Notes under the pieces: model-generated | Seen by the model: only the letters and a program-made list of their open reading frames with translations | The model's database searches: none | What the model was told of the DNA's origin: nothing | Part shown: positions 13,911 through 26,366 of the stretch, one piece after another | How positions within the stretch are numbered: the stretch's first letter is position 1 | Layout of the letters: the number at the start of each line of letters is the position of its first letter | Position numbers and translations under genes: made by a program | DNA from: Antechinus flavipes | Lineage: Eukaryota | Direction: 5' to 3' | Assembly (NCBI RefSeq): GCF_016432865.1 | Contig: NC_067399.1 | Span: forward strand, 246,264,001 to 246,328,000 | Length of the DNA: 64,000 bases

Positions 13911-14857
13911 CACTATTGATCAGAGAAATGCAAATTAAAACAACTCTGAGATACCACTACACACCTGTCAGATTGGCTAAGATGACGGGAAAAAATAACG
14001 ATGAATATTGGGAGGGGATGCAGGAAAACTGGGACACTGATGCATTGTTGGTGGAGTTGTGAACGAGTCCAACCATTCTGGAGAGCAATCTGGAATTATG
14101 CCCCAAAAGTTATCAAGCTGTGCATACCTTTTGATCCAGCAGTGTTACTTCTGGGGTTTTGTCCCAAAGAGATACTAAAGAAGGGAAAGGGACCTGTATG
14201 TGCCAAAATGTTTGTGGCAGCCCTGTTTGTAGTGGCTAGAAACTGGAAATTGAATGGATGCCCATCAGTTGGAGAATGGCTGGGTAAATTGTGGCATATG
14301 GATATTATGGAATATTATTGTTCTGTAAGAAATGACCAGCAGGATGAATACAGAGAGGCTTGGAGAGACTTACATGAACTGATGCTAAGTGAAATGAGCA
14401 GAACCCGGAGATCATTATACACTTCAACAACGATATTGTATGAGGATGTATTCTGATGGAAGTGGATTTCTTTGACAAAGAGACCCTACTGAATTTCAGT
14501 TGATAAATGATGGACAGAAGCAGCTACACCCAAAGAAAGAACACTGGGAGACAAATGTGAACTACTTGCATTTTTATTTTTCTTCCCGGGTTATTTTTAC
14601 CGTCTGAATCCAATTCTCCCTGTGCAACAAGAGAACTGTTCGGTTCTGCAAACATATATTGTATCTAGGATATACTGCAACATATTTAACATTTATAGGA
14701 CTGCTTGCCATCTAGGGGAGAGAGTGGAGAGAGGGAGGGGAAAAATCGGAACAGAAACAAGTGCAAGGGATAATGTTGTAAAAAAAAAAATTACCGTGGC
14801 ATGGATTCTGTCAATATAAAATTATTATAAAATAAAATAAAATTTAAATTTAAAAAA
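13911..14857 (+). mobile_element. Young 5'-truncated L1 (ORF2 C-terminus, 3'UTR, A-tail) with 15-bp TSD
   Basis: LLIREMQIKTTLRYHYTPVRLAKM...(+1 frameshift)...RGCRKTGTLMHCWW...; ORF2 stop at 14454-14456. TSD agtaaaataagattg at 13896-13910 and 14858-14872. Confidence 0.97.
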
Positions 14858-15045
14858 AGTAAAATAAGATTGGTTGCAGAAAAGATAAAGATCTGCTTTG
14901 GTTGAGGGAGTTTCTCACCTGGAGCTACTACACCCATAAAACCACAGGTTTTGTCTCCCTAAGAAAATATTTTCTTTTAAACTAATTTAAAGATGTTCTC
15001 CTTCTACCCCATCCATCTTTCACCACTCCCATTCCCCCAAATCTT

Positions 15046-15071
15046 ACACACACACACACACACACACACAC
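15046..15071. repeat. (AC)13 microsatellite
   Basis: Directly visible. Confidence 0.95.
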
Positions 15072-15989
15072 CCTGGTCTTTGAAGTTAAATGAGCTTATA
15101 GTTTTTGAGGTCTACTTCAAGTGCTTCCTTTGCACTGTGACACTGGGTGTATCTTTGAGGAGGTGAGAGAGGACTAGTATTTATTAAGTATCTAATATGT
15201 TTTAGGCACTGTGTTAAGTGCATTATAAACAACTCATTTAATACCCTGAGTTTGATGCTGTTCTCCCCATTTTACAAGTTTGGTGACTTGCTAAGGGTCA
15301 CACTGCTAGGAAGTATCTGTGGGTGAATTTGAACTCAGGTCTTCCTGGACTTCAGGCCCAGCTCTCTCTCCACTGTGCAGCCTAGTTACCTTGAATATCC
15401 CTCACTTCACTTATCTCATCTGTAAAAAGGAGATTCTTTCCATACTTGCTACATGAGATTGCTTTGAGGAATAATTAAAATAATAGGTTTACCCAATTTC
15501 ATATACACAAAATTTCAGAGTTGAAAGAAATATATGTAAACACCTTCTCCAATTCATACATCATAAAGAATTCCTTCTATACTGAACAAGTAGTCATCCA
15601 GCCTTTGCTTGAAACCATCTAATGAGGGAAGAACCTACTACCATGAGTGTTTCATGCATAGATACATCACGAGGATTATAAAAAGAACATATAGTTAGAA
15701 GGAAAAAGACATGAAGACTTTGTGGATTATGCTAGTCTTTTCTCATTCTCGTTTTCTTCCTTTCATATTTTAGGTAATGTCCATGCAGAAGTTGAGAAAT
15801 TTAATTTTTATAATTTTGACTTCCTGATAAATATATATTTTTCTAGTTATTCCTTTATTATCGTAAAAGGAAAAAAAAATTTCTGATCTAACTTTTGAAA
15901 ATTTTCCTTTGATGAAATGAAAATAAATATTCAATGATTTATATTTTAGCATATAGAAGTATAGAATCTGAGTTAGACAAAATCTGAGA

Positions 15990-16545
15990 TCACTTAGTAT
16001 GGGTTAAAGTGAATTTTTGTTAAAGTCCAACCATAGCTAAAGCATGAATTTCATACAGTCAGCCTATCCTTGAACTTTTAATTCCATGCATCTTTCCCTC
16101 CTCTTATTCCCCCATTCATCATTGGATTATAATCTTAGGAAGTCTTTCCCTTTTTTATTGCTTTAATATTCTAGTTGAGACTGTTTATTCCTTTAACTCA
16201 GCACTCAAATGATACATCCTTATCTTGTGTGACAGTTGTCCGTTCCTTCATAAGTTTGCCAGGGGGTCCACCTAATGATTCTCTTGACATCCCAGGAAAA
16301 CCAATGTAGCATACCAGTCATCATTTACTCTAACCATATGACAAGTGCATTTCCATTTTCCATTATACATTTCTTTGATATACCTTACATAGCATCTCCT
16401 ACATAAATCTTTGAAGCATTTCAGCCTTTTCATACCCACCATGTACCTTCTCATTGTCCTTTGGGTGATCCTCAATTTGATCTGAAATCTCCCTCCATGT
16501 AACATCTGTCTGTTGATTGTATCTCTTCCCTCTGAGGCCAAAAAA
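15990..16545 (-). mobile_element. CR1/L3 LINE fragment
   Basis: Reverse CR1-like RT 3' sequence (catcccaggaaaaccaatgtagcatacc..., aaatctccctccatgtaacatctgtc). Confidence 0.5.
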
Positions 16546-16744
16546 GAACATGTTTTATCCTTCTGTGTTCGAAAAATTTTAATCAGTCAGCATTTATTGG
16601 CTACTACATGCCAGATACAAAAATTACATGGTTCCTGTCTTCCAGGATCTTATATTCTTTAACAGCAATTATATTTTAGAGAGTTGCATCATATAGCCAG
16701 TTTGTTACAGGTAGGACTTGAGCTGACCAGGTCTTACTGGTTTT

Positions 16745-16772
16745 TTTGTTTGTTTGTTTGTTTGTTTGTTTG
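16745..16772. repeat. (TTTG)n tetranucleotide repeat
   Basis: Directly visible. Confidence 0.9.
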
Positions 16773-17764
16773 TTTTTTTTGGGGGGGAGGGGTGAGGGTT
16801 TTTTTTGATCATGAGACCCAATTTTTTTCACTATGTCAGACTTGCTACCAATCTGTATTGGCAGAAGGAATTATCTCTCAGGAGTTCTGCATACAAAATG
16901 TTAAGTCCAGGCCAAAAGACATATATTTTGAGATCTAAAGGTAGTATAATATAATCAAAAGAATGCTAAACTTTAAGTCAGGAGATTAGAGTTTTGATCC
17001 TACTTAAGAAATTTAACTAGCTATGTATTCTCTGGAATATTATTTACCATATCAGTCTGTTTCCTCATGTCCTCTACAGAAGTGACTATATTTGTATAGC
17101 TTATGGGGTGGTTGTAAGACAGTTTACAGATGTAAGTTGTTGCTGTGTAAAATGTTGTTATTGTTGTTTAATTTATTAGTATGTTCATGGAAATGACAAT
17201 TCTGTGAAATACAGGTGACAATTTTGAATAGTGTTTTATCAGTTACTTTTTTAAAAAAATCAAATCTGTGAATCCTAATTCATTAATAAAGGAAGAGAAG
17301 GTAAAAATGATAGATTTTCTCATTGTTGTCATGAAGTACTGGATTATTGGAGTCAGGGAATGTGGATTCAAATCCCAAGTCTGTACTTGGAGTAACCTTT
17401 TGCAAGGTTTTTAGTCACCATGTGGACCTTCGTTTCCTCCTTTGTAAAAAAGAAGGTATTGGATTAAATGACCTTTAGGATCTCTTTTAGCTCTAAATTT
17501 GTGGTACTGTGATTGCTAGTACAAGGAAGTTTTCTGGTGAATTTCCTGTCACTAGAAATCTGGCAAAACTTTGAATTGACAAGTACAGAATGAATTATAT
17601 GATTTGTGAGGTCCCCTTCAATTCTGCATTTTTATGATATGATTAATATGAAAACTTATGTGGGTAAATAGTTTTTGCTTGAGCAGTTCTTTTTTTTAAC
17701 AGAATAATCTTGACTAACAAAAATGTGGTTCAAGGGAACATAAGTAATTATGTTCATAATATAT

Positions 17765-18720
17765 GCTTTGAAAATGGAAAGCCATCACAAAAAGAAAACA
17801 ATAGGAAGGGGAGAGTCTAAGAGGCTTTCTGCAGAAGGTAGGATATGAATGAATCTTGAAGGAAACTAGGAATTGGAAAAGACCATTTGAGGCATGAAGG
17901 ACAGCCATTGCAAAAGCAGAAATGGAATCATCTAAAAGGAACATCATGTTGACCAGTGACATTGGATCACAAATTTATAGAGGGGAGTAAAGTGTATGAA
18001 GTCTAGAAAGGTAGGGAGGAGATTTTTTTTTCTTTCCTCCCTCCCTTCTTCCTTTATGGGTTTTTTTTGTTTTTGTTTTTGTTTTGAGTCTTCTTGTACA
18101 ACATGAGTGATGTGGAAAAATTTTACATGATTTCATATATATAATCTATATTGGATTGTTTACCATCTCAGGAAGGGATAGAATTTGGAATGCAAAACTT
18201 TTTTTAAAGATGTTTAAAAACTGTTTTATCAGGTAATTGGAGAAAAGAGGAAAAAAAACATGTCAAGGACAGTCGGCATTTTACATTTAATTCTTTAGGG
18301 AATAGGGAACCACTGGCATATATTGGATAAAAGGATGATATGGTCAGACCTACCCTTTAGGAAAATCATTTTGATAGACAAGTAGAGACCAGAAAACTAT
18401 TGCAGTAATTCAGTCTAAGTATGTTGAAGATCTGCATTGTGAATATAAGAAGAGGAAGTCAAGAGATGTTGCAAAAGTAGAAAAGACAAAACTTGACTAA
18501 CAGATTGGTCACGCGGTGTGAGCCATATAATCAAGTGAAAGTCAAGAATGAGCTTAAGAGTGCCATCCTGGGCCTCTAGGATAACAGTGGTACCCTTGAA
18601 AGTAATAGGAAAGTTGGGGAAAGTTTGGAGAGGGAAAAGATTCTTTTTTGAACAGTGAATTCTTTTTGGGGGGTGCATTGAATTTGAGATCTCATGTTAG
18701 AAGCACAGGAGATGAGATTG
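17765..18720 (-). mobile_element. L2 fragment interrupted by an L1-like 3' tail (about 18025-18250)
   Basis: Reverse-L2 motifs on both sides (gaatcttgaaggaaactagg; tagggaaccactgg...ggtcagacctaccctttaggaaaatc). Confidence 0.6.
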
Positions 18721-18744
18721 GTAAGAGGGAAGGGCAAGATTATT

Positions 18745-19150
18745 GTTTGTCCTTCTTTCTTCAAAAGGTCCATGATATCAGATTGGTGATGCCATGACAT
18801 GCAAATGAGTCGGATTTAAGTGAGGGAGGACTGGGTAAGGTTACCAGGCTCATTTTCTCCTCCAAAGGGTCCAAGATACAGATCAAGAGAGCTAGAGATG
18901 GCTCTGGTCACAGTGGGAGACCTTGGCCTTTTTTAGCTAAAGTCTTTAACAGGTCTCAATTTCACTGAGGCAACACCCAACCAGTGATTAAGGCTAGGTA
19001 AGAAAAGAGGCAGAGGATAGCTTCTTTTACCTAGTTTAAAAAAAAAAAAAATCCTACTGGGAAAGGGAAGACCTCAGGGTTTCTGACCAAAACAGAAACA
19101 ATTACTGTTGACACTTACTGAGTAAATCAGATCTCAAACTGTGACCAATT
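18745..19150 (+). mobile_element. WALLSI4-like (RTE-related) marsupial SINE
   Basis: gtgatgccatgacatgcaaatgagtcggatttaagtgagggaggactg...gggagaccttggcctttt...gaggcaacacccaaccagtgattaaggctaggtaag matches the recalled WALLSI4 consensus. Confidence 0.7.
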
Positions 19151-19370
19151 GGGGCTTAGCCTAGTTGCTGTTATTGGTCAATCAGTGATCTAGCTGAGCT
19201 CTCATAACTTTGTTGAATATTCTTTCTATATTAAGGCTAAGTAAATTTCATTTTATTGTTGGGATGTCTCATTCCCATCACCAAATCCCTCCCTGAGAGT
19301 CAGTGAGATCACCAAGTACAGCTAAAGAAAAGGACTTAGGGCCAGGGACTTGGTGGCCCGCACATTATTA

Positions 19371-19769
19371 CCATATATACTCGAGTATAAGCCGAGTTTT
19401 TCTGCCCAATTTTTGGGCAGAAAATCCCCTCCTCGGCTTATACTTGAGTCACTAGATAAAACATGTGTAAATATCCCTTTAAATGCCCCCCTGCTGTGTA
19501 GTATACAGCGCGAGTGCCGACTGTGATACTATAGGGGCGGCCGTTGCTACGGTGATGCAGCTGTTCCTGTAGTATCACAGTCGGTAACCGGACTGTATAC
19601 TAATGCTGGCAACCGCTCTACATACGTATACTGGCACCCGCTCTCCTCCTCTGCGGGCACCGGTGCGCTACCTAAACCTACTGATATAATAAGTTTTCCC
19701 AGATTTTTGAGTTAAAATTAGGGGCCTCGGCTTATATTCGGGTCGGCTTATACTCGAGAGTATATACGG
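19371..19769. mobile_element. Tc1/mariner-superfamily (Tc2/pogo-like TIR) MITE, 399 bp, TA TSD
   Basis: Left TIR ccatatatactcgagtataagccga; right TIR tcggcttatactcgag(ag)tatatacgg; TA on both sides (19369-70, 19770-71). About 22 CpGs. Sub-terminal TIR-motif repeats. No transposase ORF. Confidence 0.92.
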
Positions 19770-21138
19770 TAATTAATGTGCTCTGGTTGAAGATCCAGAA
19801 AAAGAGTCTGAGAAAGAATAGTCACATACTTAGGGGAAGAACTGGTGAGAACAATACCATGAAAACCTAGAGCATGTCCCGGAAGAGTCTGAGACAAAGT
19901 TGTTAGTTCTGGTGTATTTTTTTCATCCTCCTTGTCAAACATGCTTGTTATGAATTTTGCTGTGCAAATTCAGCTAATTTGCTTTGGATAGTCATAAATT
20001 AGAAAGGAGAGCCTTCATTTTAGTTTGAGTAACTTAAAAGTCCTAAGTGTCTGATACCATTCAGACCACTGAATCCCTAAGAGCCATAGTTTCTTCATAT
20101 GTCAGATAGAAGAATACTTTTCTTCTCTACCTCATAGCTTTATATAAAGAAAGTTTTAGAGTGACAAAGATCTAAATTCAAATGTTGTACCATATATATG
20201 AATGAGACTAGCTGTGTGATTCTGGGATAGTCCCCATGGTTAATTCTTTTAGCCCTGAAGTTACAGATTTTATCTTTTGTATAGGAGTTTCCATACTAAA
20301 TGTTTTATACATACTCATACCTGCAAAAGTATCCTGAGATCCTGAGAATTGTGAATAAATTGTAGTTCAGTTGTATGATCTAGGATGAGAAGATGGATAA
20401 GGGATACCCAATTGGGTCAACAAGACCCCTTCAAATGCTTTCTCCGATATATTGCTTGGCCCTGTATAATTCTCAAGACTAACTTACAAAACCTCTGTCT
20501 TGGTTACCCTACATGTAAAATGAGGATAATGATAGAACCTACTTCCACAGGGTTGTAAAGATCAAATGAGATAATATTTGTAATGTACTTTAGCACAATA
20601 CTTGACACATAATAGGACTTAATAAATGCTAATTTCTTCACCAACAGAATCACAAGTGGATAATAGCTAGAATTTAGAAGTGCTCTTATTATTTTCATGT
20701 TAAGTATGAGAAAACTAAGGCTGGTAGGTTAAGTGACTTGCCATGATATATATAGCTTAGCAACTATATATTCAGGCTGGATTTGAACTTAGCTCTCCCT
20801 AGCTCAAGTCCAGCATTCTACTGTGCTATCAAGCTGCCACATGAAAGACAAAAATCTTTTGCCTTCAAGAAATTTGTCTTCCAATGGAATATAATCATTT
20901 AGTCCACTAGCATTTACTAATTACTTGATATATTTGACACTTTGTCAAGTGCTAGGGATTTGTACAGAAAGAAGGGCAAAAACCAGCTCGCGCTCTCAAG
21001 GAGCTCAAATGTAAACATCTATGTATACAGATACTATAAATGCACACTAGATTGGTCTAAATTTCAGAGGGGAGGCACCAAGAGAAGGACAAAAAACAGC
21101 TTCTTATCGAAGAGGGTCCTGAAAGAAGCCAGAGAAGT

Positions 21139-21692
21139 TGTAAAATTAGGCACTAGGCGTGATTTGGGGAGAGCAATAAATTTGAGAGAGTAAAATAATA
21201 TTACATAAAAATTCACGTGACATGGAGCAACCACAATTAGACATCCATCAGAGGTTATTAATGTTTTACTATTTTATTATATGAATAGCACATAAGAGTT
21301 AGCAAGGAAAAGGGTTTTAACAATTAACAAGGAGAAAGACCAATTTCCTAATGGAATTCATCAGGAGGAAGAAGCTATTAAAGCAAAGATGTTATGAAGA
21401 GGTGAGAGCACCTCATAGCAGGCTTAGTTCTGAAAAGTAATTAGCAAATAGCTGTACCATAGGCAGATCTTTTATAGGCCATAATCAGATTTTTTTCCTA
21501 AGGGAAATATAACCTTGGGGGTTTGACATCATAATTGCTTTCTGATTGGAAAAGTAAAGGTGAGGTTTCTAGAGATCCCCAGCTCTTAAGGCTGTTCCTT
21601 TCCCTGCTTACCTTAGGGAGTATTATAATCTTATCCGTGCTTCAGCCTTTCTCTGCCCACCTAGCTACCTAGGACCTTATCACCAAGAGACA
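21139..21692 (-). mobile_element. Possible solo LTR inserted in an L2
   Basis: TG...CA ends. On the minus strand, in order: CCAAT-like (ctgattgg ~21542), TATA-like (ttttatagg ~21470), AATAAA (ttttatt ~21270). Flanks gaagt/gagat are only a partial TSD. Confidence 0.4.
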
Positions 21693-22567
21693 GAGATGAG
21701 ATGTAGATACTTTAAAAATCTTGATATATGTTTTCAGAATAAGAAATTTATATAATGTAATAAATACTTTTAAAAGGTTCTGCTTTTTTTTTTAGGACTA
21801 AGGGAAAAAACTAATAGGGAAGCAAGGTGATATAGTAGATGGAACACTGGGCTGGAAACCAGGAAGAATTCATCTTTTTTGAGTTTAGATCTGTCCCTAG
21901 ACATTTAGCTAGCAGGGTGATCTTGGGCAAGTCACTTAAAGGTGAGCTCAATAGTTGAAAGTTCTTTCCAGTTCTGAATCTGTAATCCTACTTATACTAT
22001 TTGCTGGGCACTAGGATCCCTACATTTAAGGAGCCTGTTTTCAAATGGGGAACACTGATATGAGAAAGAACATATACAGAGGAAATATGGGGGAAAGGAA
22101 TGCACTAATTATTGGGGGCATCACATTAATTTTCCCATTCTACAAATGACACTTAAGTACATAACTACCTCTTTTTAAAAAAAACAGTTTCATTAACCAA
22201 ATTGGAAAATCTTTTTCCTAGGCAACTTTTTCCTTATATATTTATGAGAAAAGTAATTCCGGGCTCTACCCCCTTCCAAGCTTGCTACCCCCAGGGAATC
22301 ATTATTTTTAAACTACCTTTCATTCTGGAAAATCTGGATTGTAATTTGTTTTGTTTTGTTTTATCATTGGGTTTGAGGCCTTTGCAATTTATTTTTCAAA
22401 TCCTTCTAGTATTCTGTTTGTTTTCATCTCTGCCTGGTCCGGGTCTCCACCCAGCCTTTTCCTTGATAAAAATGAAGGTGAATGTTGGAGTTGTGAGGTT
22501 GGGAGCCATAGGTAAGAATGAATCATAGGCTCTAGAGCTAAAAGGGGGCCTTAGAGATTATCTAGAG

Positions 22568-22730
22568 CAAGGGTGGGGAACCAATTTTCTACCAAAGGCT
22601 ATTTGGATATTTATAACATCATTCTAGGCTATACAAAATTATCAACTTATAGAACTCAAGCTATGGGAAATTGTACTACCTAGCTTTCAGCTCTTTCTAG
22701 CCTGCTATGATTATGCAAATGACTTTGCTC
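22568..22730. mobile_element. hAT-Charlie-like non-autonomous element, copy 1 (right end not resolved)
   Basis: caagggtggggaacc...ccaaaggctatttggatatttataacatcatt, preceded by a TCTAGA target site; same family as 27764-27919. Confidence 0.7.
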
Positions 22731-24349
22731 TGTCCAACTGGCAATTTAATATTTCCAAATTATATTTCAGTTTAGTGTTGGTCATACGCAGGAGTATTGA
22801 CTCTTTACTAGGTGTTTTGACACCTATTGTAAGGAACTCAATGAAAGGAAATTCCCTGTGTCAATTCACATAGACCAATTGGTCTCTTATAATCTTAGAA
22901 AATTACAGTAACATAGCCCATATGTGTCTGATGTGGAACTTGAACTCAAGAAGACTTTTGATTCCTTGTCAGTTGTAGGGAATTTACTGGTCCCTCCATC
23001 TGGATATATCTTATAGAGTAACTCTAATATACACTTCACATGTCGTAACCACTGCCCAACAACTTGAGGGTATCTGAGCTATTGTTGGTTGGGCTGACAG
23101 CTTCTCCTTATTCCAAAAGAAGGCTACTGAGCATTATATGTTTTGTAAATGTTGTTTATGTCTTCTGGTTAACTTTGGGATTAAATCATTGGAGGTGAGG
23201 GTTGCAAATAAATCCTTGGTTAAGTTTTGAATGGAAGTTATGACATTGATAATCCAAAAATGGTTTATATTTGATTTGGGAATTTGTTCCCTCCCCTTCC
23301 CATACATAGACACACCATCTTTACAACTCCAGAAATTATCTTCTTCATTATGTATTCAGGGAATACAAACCCAAATTAATATGAATTTAAATGAAATAAG
23401 AAAATGAAGGAGTGACAGCAATTTTCAGTGTATAAGGAGCCAGACAAATTATTAGTTTACATTGTAGCCTTGCGGCTCACAAAGATATACAAGAATATTT
23501 GGATTTGGAGGCAAGAAGGCAAAGGACCTCAGGTCAAATTCTACTTCTTCTCTTTAACCCCTATCCACATGATAGAACACATTAAAGCATAACAGTTGGG
23601 GAGCAAAAGTGTTGGAAGCTTGGTGTTTTAAATTTTTGTCAAAGTTGTGTGTGTCTCTTTTCATGGTGATTTTAAAAGAGCTTTGGGACAATCTGATTTG
23701 ACCTTAGAAGAACTTCATACTATATTATCCTTTGTTCACTAAAATTATTTCAAGTCTAAGTTGTAGCTTCAAAATCTGTTCTTCAAAAAGAGCCAGATTC
23801 TCTTGTTGTAGGGTATAACCAGTGTGGTAGTGATGTCATTGTGTGGCCTAGTGAAATTTTAGTGGTCTTATGCCAACTTCCTCCTTACAATCATAGACAC
23901 CTTTTCTTTTCCTCTTTTTTTGTTTTGTTTTGTTTACTATGGGCAAGTCACTGGGTCTTGATTTCTTATCTATAAACTTGGGATTTAAGGTAAACCTAAA
24001 CCTAATCTTTAAGGTCCGCACAAGCTCAAAATCTATGATCCTGCAAACTTTGGGCAAATCACTTAACTTTTCTGCATTTTATTTATCATGTCTAAAATAG
24101 GAGATTGACCTAGATGATACGGTCTTATTGGTTGTGGAGAAGAAGAAAGGAAGTTACATTTACAGCTTTATTTCATATTGCTTTATGACCTCTTACAGAC
24201 TAACCAAATCAGCCTACTGGCTCTTAATATGTACTCTATGTTCTGCCTCCTGCATTGCAGTGTTTAAACAAACCATTACCCCTTGTTGGAATGTACTCTG
24301 TCCTTTCTGCTCTCCAAATCCTCTCATCTTCCTTTAAAGCTTGTGATAT

Positions 24350-24800
24350 TTTTTTAAGCTTTTTAATTTTCAGAAGATATGCATGGATAATTTTTCAACA
24401 TTAACTCTTGCAAATCCTTGTGTTCCAATTTTTCCCCCTGTCAACCCTTCCCCTAGGTGGCAGGTAATCCAATATATGTAAACATGTTAAAATATATGTT
24501 AAATCTAATATATGTATACATATTTATACAATTATCTTACTGCACAAGAAAAATCAAATCAGAAAGAAAATAGAAAATATAAAGCAAGCAAACAATAACA
24601 AAAAGAGTGAAAATGCTGTGTTATGAACCATACTCAGTTCCCACAGTCCTCTCTCTGGGTATAGATGGCTCTCTTTATCATAAGATCATTGGAACTGGCC
24701 TGAATTGTCTCATTGTTGATCATCTATGTATAATCTTGTTGCCATGTACATCTCCTGGTTCTACTCTTTTTATTTAGCATCAGTTCATGTAGGTCTCTCC
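24350..24800 (-). mobile_element. L1 3'UTR fragment
   Basis: Reverse of the marsupial L1 3' end (gatatgcatggataatttttcaacatt...catcagttcatgtaggtctctcc). Confidence 0.85.
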
Positions 24801-24834
24801 TTTCAAAAGTCTTTCAAAAGTGAAAGAGCTTCTC

Positions 24835-25450
24835 CCTTCGAAGAGCTTATGATCTAGCCTGGGGAGACTATATATGTTACTTATATAAGCATATACTAAA
24901 ATGACCTGAGACCAGTAATGGAGGAGAGCAATTATTATGAGATCAAGAAAAGCTTTATTTAGAAGGTGGCATTAAGCTGAGCCTTGAAGGAAACCAGGGA
25001 TTCCAAGAGAAGATAGGTATAAAGGGCCTGCATTCTAAGCAATGGGGACAGCTAGGGCAAAGATAGCATTGTGTATAAAGAAAACGAAATTTCCTTATTT
25101 AAAAAAAAAGAGAGAGAGAGAGAAAATAATCATCCAGACCTTAGCAGAAAAGTAGATTGAAGCCATATTGTGAGAGACTTTAAATGCCAAACAAAGGAGT
25201 TCATATTTGTTCTTTGATTGTGGCATGACACGGTCAGATTTGTACTTTTAGAAAATCACTTTGGTAGTTGTGTGGTGGAAGATGGATTTGAGTAAGGAAA
25301 GTCCTGAAACAGACGAAACAACTAAGATGATGAGGGTCTGAACTAGAATAGTTACTGCTTGAATGCAACAAAAGAAAAGGGAGTCAAAAAATGCTGTAGA
25401 GGTAAAGGGATGAGATTTGGCAACTGACTGTTAATGTGGGGAGATAGAGA
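24835..25450 (-). mobile_element. L2 LINE fragment
   Basis: gagcttatgatctagcctgggg..., aagctgagccttgaaggaaaccagggattccaagag..., ggtcagatttgtactttagaaaatcactttggtag. Confidence 0.65.
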
Positions 25451-25489
25451 ATTGCCATAACTTTTAGAAATGAGGAAAAATACCCCTAC

Positions 25490-25790
25490 ATCAATTGGAT
25501 CACATTTGGAGTATAGTATTCAGTTTAGGGTGCCTTGTTTTAGGAAGAAGGTCAACTAGAATGATGGACCATGAGCTCATGCCATATGAACATCAGTAGA
25601 AAGAATTGAAGATATTTATCCTATAGAAAAGAAGACTTATGGGGGAAAATTATAATTGATCTTCAAGCACTTGCAGGGTCTTCAGGATCAAACCTGTAGA
25701 GGCAAATTTTAGTTAAAAGAAAAATAATTAGATCTATCCAAAAGTAGAATAGACTAGGTTCCCCCTTTTCAGGTATAGGTTGAACTAAGT
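25490..25790 (+). mobile_element. CR1/L3 LINE 3' fragment
   Basis: cacatttggagtatagtattcagtttagggtgcc...gaaagaattgaagatatttatcctatagaaaagaagactt. Confidence 0.65.
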
Positions 25791-26123
25791 GGCCAGAATA
25801 ATAGCCTATTAAATTAACATAATTTGTTCAGCACCTTTGACTACAACAATGAAGACATTATTGAGTGCTTGCTTATTTACTATACTTTTTCTAATCTCTG
25901 TGAGTTATAAGACACAGCCCTTTCTCCAGGGAAATTCATGTAGATAGAAATGAGTGGTTACACATTTTATGAATTTAAGTCTTCCTTGTAGAAATGAAGA
26001 ACAGTTATCAAGGTATACTTCTCCATATTTATTATTTCCTTCTTTCATCCCTCCTTCAGGGGGAGTTCATATAAGTGATAAAGAACTTATCTTTTATCCA
26101 GAAAAACACAAAGTTGTAATTAA

Positions 26124-26366
<243 letters not shown>

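Noticed and set aside
14001-14456. 151-aa ORF as a functional protein
   Set aside because: It is the C-terminal fragment of L1 ORF2 created by a +1 frameshift in a 5'-truncated copy with TSDs.
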